From an uncultured Desulfatitalea sp. (GTDB taxonomy: Bacteria; Desulfobacterota; Desulfobacteria; Desulfobacterales; Desulfosarcinaceae), in assembly GCA_963668675.2 (NCBI GenBank), contig CAXXMB010000002.1, positions 2,400,001 to 2,464,000 on the forward strand: DNA of 64,000 nucleotides, written 5' to 3'. The position numbers and the translations under genes are program-made. The notes below the pieces were generated by a model that was not told the origin of the DNA, made no database searches, and saw only the letters and a list, made by a program, of their open reading frames with translations. Positions 60,397-64,000 of the stretch are shown one piece after another. The first letter of the stretch is position 1; every line of letters starts with the position of its first letter.

Positions 60397-61878
60397 ATGT
60401 CTGCTGACACTATAGAGGCACCCACACAGGGTGTCAATTGGAGTAGAATTGGTTTTATCTTACTAGGTGTTCTCCTGTTCGCGGTGGTTTACTGGTCTCC
60501 GATGTGGCCCGATGCCGTGGATCCGGAGGGCAAAACTTTTGCGCTGAGTCTGGCTGGAAAAGGCGCCATCGCCGTTTTTTTACTGGCTGCGACGTGGTGG
60601 ATCTCCGAGGTGGTGCCCATCGGTGTGACCAGTTTGGCCATCGGTGTGCTGCAGGTGCTGTTTTTGATCCGTCCGGCCAGCAAGGCGTTCACCGATTTTA
60701 TGGATCCGAACGTCCTGTTCATCTATGGCTCTCTTGTGATCGGACTGGTGTTCACCAAAACCGGCCTGACCCGGCGCATTGCTTATAAAATGCTGGCCAT
60801 TGTGGGTGAAAAAACCAGTATGATCTATTTGGGCTGTTTTTTGCTGACAGCGGCACTGACCCACATCATGGCGCATACCGCCGTGGCGGCAACCATATAT
60901 CCCTTGTTGGTCGCCATCTACGCCATGTACGGCGAGGGCGACAAACCGACCAAATTCGGCAAAGGCCTGTTTATCGGCATGGCCTATGTCGCCGGCGCGG
61001 GCAGTATCGTCACGCTGCTGGGCGCAGCCCGAGGTGCGGTCGCCTTAGGCTTTTACGGGGAGGTCACCGGGAGAAATGTGGGTTTTTTCGAACTCTCCTA
61101 CTACATGTTTCCCGTGGGTTGGCTGATGACGTTTCTGTTGTGGGGCTTTTTCATGATCTTTCTGAAGCCGGAAAAGAAGACCATTCCCGGCTTGAGGGAG
61201 AAGGCCAAACGACTCAATGCTGAATTGGGAGGCATCACCCGCAAGGAGGTCATCGCTGCTCTTATCGTTGGCGCAGCCATTCTGGTATTGGGCATATCAG
61301 CGGTGTTGAAATCGACCATTCCGGACTTTACACCGCCCCATAAAACGGCAGTGTTGCTCTTTTCCACGATTCTCTTTTTCATCACCGGTATTCTGGACAC
61401 CAAAGATCTTCAGGAGATTCCCTGGAACATCGTACTGCTGTTTGCCGGCGCCATGAGCATCGGTTTCTGCCTCTGGCAAACCGGGGCGGCCGAATGGATG
61501 GCCATCAACTACCTTGCCTTTTTCAAAGATGCGAACTGGTTCGTGTTTGTGCTCAGCATCGCCTTCCTGGTGATGATCATGACCAACTTTATCATGAATG
61601 TGGCCGCCATCGCCATTGTGCTGCCGGTGGCATTGGTCACTGCGCGCTATCTCGGAGTTGCCGGCGAAGTGATTCTTTTTGCCTCCCTGGTGACGGCAGG
61701 CATGCCTTTCCTGCTGCTGGTGGGTGCGGCCCCCAACGCCATCGCATACGACTCGAAGCAATTTACCACGGGTGAATTCTTCATGTACGGCATACCGGCA
61801 AGTATCATTCTGATGCTGGTGACTGGCTTTGCCGTGTATGTGCTGTGGCCGCTCATGGGGATGCCAACATTGGCATAA
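60397..61878 (+). CDS. SLC13/DASS-family anion permease
   Basis: W.SEVVP.GVTSL, two hairpin-type motifs (AHTA, MNVA), APNAIAY; many TM segments. Confidence 0.9.
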   Translation: MSADTIEAPTQGVNWSRIGFILLGVLLFAVVYWSPMWPDAVDPEGKTFALSLAGKGAIAVFLLAATWWISEVVPIGVTSLAIGVLQVLFLIRPASKAFTDFMDPNVLFIYGSLVIGLVFTKTGLTRRIAYKMLAIVGEKTSMIYLGCFLLTAALTHIMAHTAVAATIYPLLVAIYAMYGEGDKPTKFGKGLFIGMAYVAGAGSIVTLLGAARGAVALGFYGEVTGRNVGFFELSYYMFPVGWLMTFLLWGFFMIFLKPEKKTIPGLREKAKRLNAELGGITRKEVIAALIVGAAILVLGISAVLKSTIPDFTPPHKTAVLLFSTILFFITGILDTKDLQEIPWNIVLLFAGAMSIGFCLWQTGAAEWMAINYLAFFKDANWFVFVLSIAFLVMIMTNFIMNVAAIAIVLPVALVTARYLGVAGEVILFASLVTAGMPFLLLVGAAPNAIAYDSKQFTTGEFFMYGIPASIILMLVTGFAVYVLWPLMGMPTLA

Positions 61879-62001
61879 ATCAAAATCAGCATAATCGGGT
61901 GGCCGGCCATGGCTGCCAGCAAAGACAGGAAAGACGCGCTTTTAGAAAGGCGCGTCTTTCTATTCGGCGGGTCCGGAGGAGAGGATACGAGGATACGCAA
62001 T

Positions 62002-62039
62002 AAAAAACGGAGAAGTGCCGCAGCACTTCTCCGTTTTTT
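62002..62039. terminator. Bidirectional terminator between the DASS gene and sat
   Basis: aaaaaacggagaagtgc-cgca-gcacttctccgtttttt. Confidence 0.88.
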
Positions 62040-62066
62040 GGTTTTCGATATCTCCTCTATCGGCGA

Positions 62067-63338
62067 TTAATTGCCGGTAGCGGCCTTATGGGTCTTGATC
62101 TCGACCTTTTCAGTCAATCCACTGTAGTACTCACGCAGGATAGCAACAACTTCGTCACGCCCAAAGTGATCGGGCATTTCGCCGCCTTCGCTGAGGATTT
62201 TGCGCAGCATGGTGCCGGACAGCAGTACACGATCTTCCTTGGCATGCGGGCAGGTTCTCAGAGAGGCCATGCCGTCGCACTTGTAGCAGTAGAAGGTCCA
62301 GTCGATCTTCAGCGGTTGGCACAGAAGTGCTTTTCCGCCTTCGGGGGTCGGAATTTTGTCGAAGATGGTTTGGGCTTCGAACATGCCGTAGAAGTCGCCC
62401 ACACCGGCATGGTCGCGGCCGATGATCATCTTCGAGCAGCCGTAGTTCTGGCGGAAAGTGGCATGCAGAAGGCCTTCACGGGGGCCGGCATAGCGCATAT
62501 CCAGCGGGTAGCCGCCTTGTACCACGTTATCTTCGACGAAGTAGTTTTTCACCAGGGCATCGATGCATTTGACGCGAACCTCGGCAGGGATGTCGCCCGG
62601 TTTCAGGTTGCCGACCAGAGAGTGGATGTAGACGCCGTCGCACACTTCCACAGCGATTTTGCACAGGTACTCGTGGGAACGGTGCATGGGGTTACGCAGC
62701 TGCAACGCGGCCACTTCACTCCAGCCTCTCTCCTCAAAGATCTTACGGGATTCGGCCGGACGGTGATAGACGCCGGCGTATTTGACGGGGTAGTCGCCTT
62801 CGCTGAGGACTTTGACGTTACCGGCAAGGTTCACGGGGCCTTGGCTCATGACCATCTGGACGCCCGGGTGGTCTTCCTTTGCGATCTTCCAGAACTCTTC
62901 AGCCGTCGGGGTGCCTTCACCCATGAATACTTTTTCGCATTCCCAGGTCTTCTCTTCGTCGCTGATGTCCCACTTTTCGTCGACTTTGATGGTGGCCATA
63001 ATTTCATTTTTCTTGGCATCGAACAGAGCCACTTCGTCGCCTACGCTGATACCGCCGGCCTCTTCGGCCGTAACGTCCAGCACCACCGGTACCGGCCAGA
63101 AGGTGCCATCGGCGGTCAGAAAATTTTCACAAACACCCTTCCAGTCCGCTTTGGTCATGAAGCCGGTCAGGGGGCTGAAACCGCCATTACCAATCATGAT
63201 CAGGTCGCCTTTGACGCGCGGTGAGATGTTTACCTTTTTGAGGCCTTCGGCCTTTTTCTTTTCAGCTTCCAGCTCTGCGCCTTCCAACAAGCAGATGGTC
63301 AGGCCTTTGCCACCATGGGGGGGAATGAGTTGTGACAT
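62067..63338 (-). CDS. sat: Dissimilatory sulfate adenylyltransferase
   Basis: [35 protein letters not shown]. Confidence 0.99.
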   Translation of the reverse strand: MSQLIPPHGGKGLTICLLEGAELEAEKKKAEGLKKVNISPRVKGDLIMIGNGGFSPLTGFMTKADWKGVCENFLTADGTFWPVPVVLDVTAEEAGGISVGDEVALFDAKKNEIMATIKVDEKWDISDEEKTWECEKVFMGEGTPTAEEFWKIAKEDHPGVQMVMSQGPVNLAGNVKVLSEGDYPVKYAGVYHRPAESRKIFEERGWSEVAALQLRNPMHRSHEYLCKIAVEVCDGVYIHSLVGNLKPGDIPAEVRVKCIDALVKNYFVEDNVVQGGYPLDMRYAGPREGLLHATFRQNYGCSKMIIGRDHAGVGDFYGMFEAQTIFDKIPTPEGGKALLCQPLKIDWTFYCYKCDGMASLRTCPHAKEDRVLLSGTMLRKILSEGGEMPDHFGRDEVVAILREYYSGLTEKVEIKTHKAATGN

Positions 63339-63424
63339 TGGGTGTTCTCCTTTCAATATTTATATTGATATCAATAGGCTAATTTGCCTTTAGCGTGCGC
63401 GGCCTCGATAGATCCAAAGGCGTA

Positions 63425-63453
63425 TACCTATTAAGGAACCATTATTTTGTCAA
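63425..63453 (-). promoter_or_regulatory. Sigma70-like promoter for sat
   Basis: TTGACA-17 nt-TAGGTA. Confidence 0.5.
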
Positions 63454-63749
63454 GGATAATCGGGTGATTCGACACCTTGAGGACGGATGGAATCGAATGT
63501 GTCGGCGGGTACATCCCCTAGGAGAGCAAGAGCCGGAAAAAGCGGTTTAATGATTTTGGAAAGGGACGTTTCAAAGGAAGCGTACTCCTGAAATGGGGGG
63601 CTTAAGTTGTCCTGCCTGATGTCCGATACACTCCATATCAGGTTTGGGCATCACAGCGTGGTCCAATTAGCCATTGCGCCCAAGCGGACGGTGGTGTTAT
63701 GGAATTATGCGAATCCATTGAGGCGGCCGCACGTCAGGAGGTTCCCATC

Positions 63750-64000
63750 ATGCGCACTGCGGAAAAGCTCAAAGACAGTGTTGATATCATAGAGAAGATC
63801 AAGACCCTGCCGGCGCTCGAGACCTTCGATGAGAAGGATCTCAAAGAGCTGCTGCGCATCAGCAAGATCGTGCGCTACGAGCCGGGCGAAGCCATTGTGG
63901 ACGAAGGCACACACAACACCTGGATCTACTATTTGATCTCCGGCCGGGTTCGCATCGCCAAAAAGGGCGCCGAACTGGCCATTCTTCAACGAACGGGGGA
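63750..64000 (+). CDS. Cyclic-nucleotide-binding domain protein (runs off the window edge)
   Basis: AGGAGG RBS; manual translation MRTAEKLKDSVDIIEKIKTLPALETFDEKDLKELL...YEPGEAIVDEG....IYYLISGRVRI. Confidence 0.85.
   Translation, partial: MRTAEKLKDSVDIIEKIKTLPALETFDEKDLKELLRISKIVRYEPGEAIVDEGTHNTWIYYLISGRVRIAKKGAELAILQRTG

Noticed and set aside
63353..63376. Rex operator upstream of sat
   Set aside because: AT-rich palindromes (tcaatatttatattga, tattgatatcaata) are present but do not match the TTGTGAA-N4-TTCACAA Rex pattern.

Overview
This is a chromosomal window from a sulfate-reducing deltaproteobacterium (Desulfobacterales-like, inferred from gene content). It has four parts. (1) About 0-21 kb holds housekeeping clusters on the minus strand: tRNA-Gly-rimP-nusA-infB-DUF503-rbfA-DHH-truB-rpsO-pnp-M16 peptidase-dut, and infC(ATA start)-rpmI-rplT-pheS-pheT-MerR, with a few membrane and hypothetical genes between them. 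(2) About 26-40.6 kb is a TonB2-type uptake operon, probably for Ni/Co or corrinoids. It carries a TonB-dependent receptor, CooT, DUF3842, an apparently exported tandem tetrapyrrole-methylase lipoprotein, DUF4198, an APC permease and a truncated trmO, and sits behind an unidentified attenuator-like leader. (3) About 41.5-50.4 kb is a minus-strand gene run with cysteine versions of proteins that are often selenoproteins in this lineage (HdrD-like CCG protein, two MvhD, HesB-like), a solitary RelE-like protein, a double-cubane protein with its ATP-dependent activator, and the selenium-associated YedE/YedF/DUF3343 module. It is preceded by a structured leader containing a 36-codon uORF with an in-frame UGA followed by a SECIS-like hairpin. 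This is the best candidate for an undescribed system: a selenium-sensing leader peptide controlling a selenium-starvation operon. (4) About 51.7-64 kb is the sulfate-reduction core: aprBA-qmoABC, a CBS protein and DASS permease, and sat. Small non-coding elements include a MITE with a 6-bp target duplication, elements with 8-mer tandem-repeat arms, and a 180-bp nested palindrome. All family calls come from motif recognition by eye; no database searches were run.
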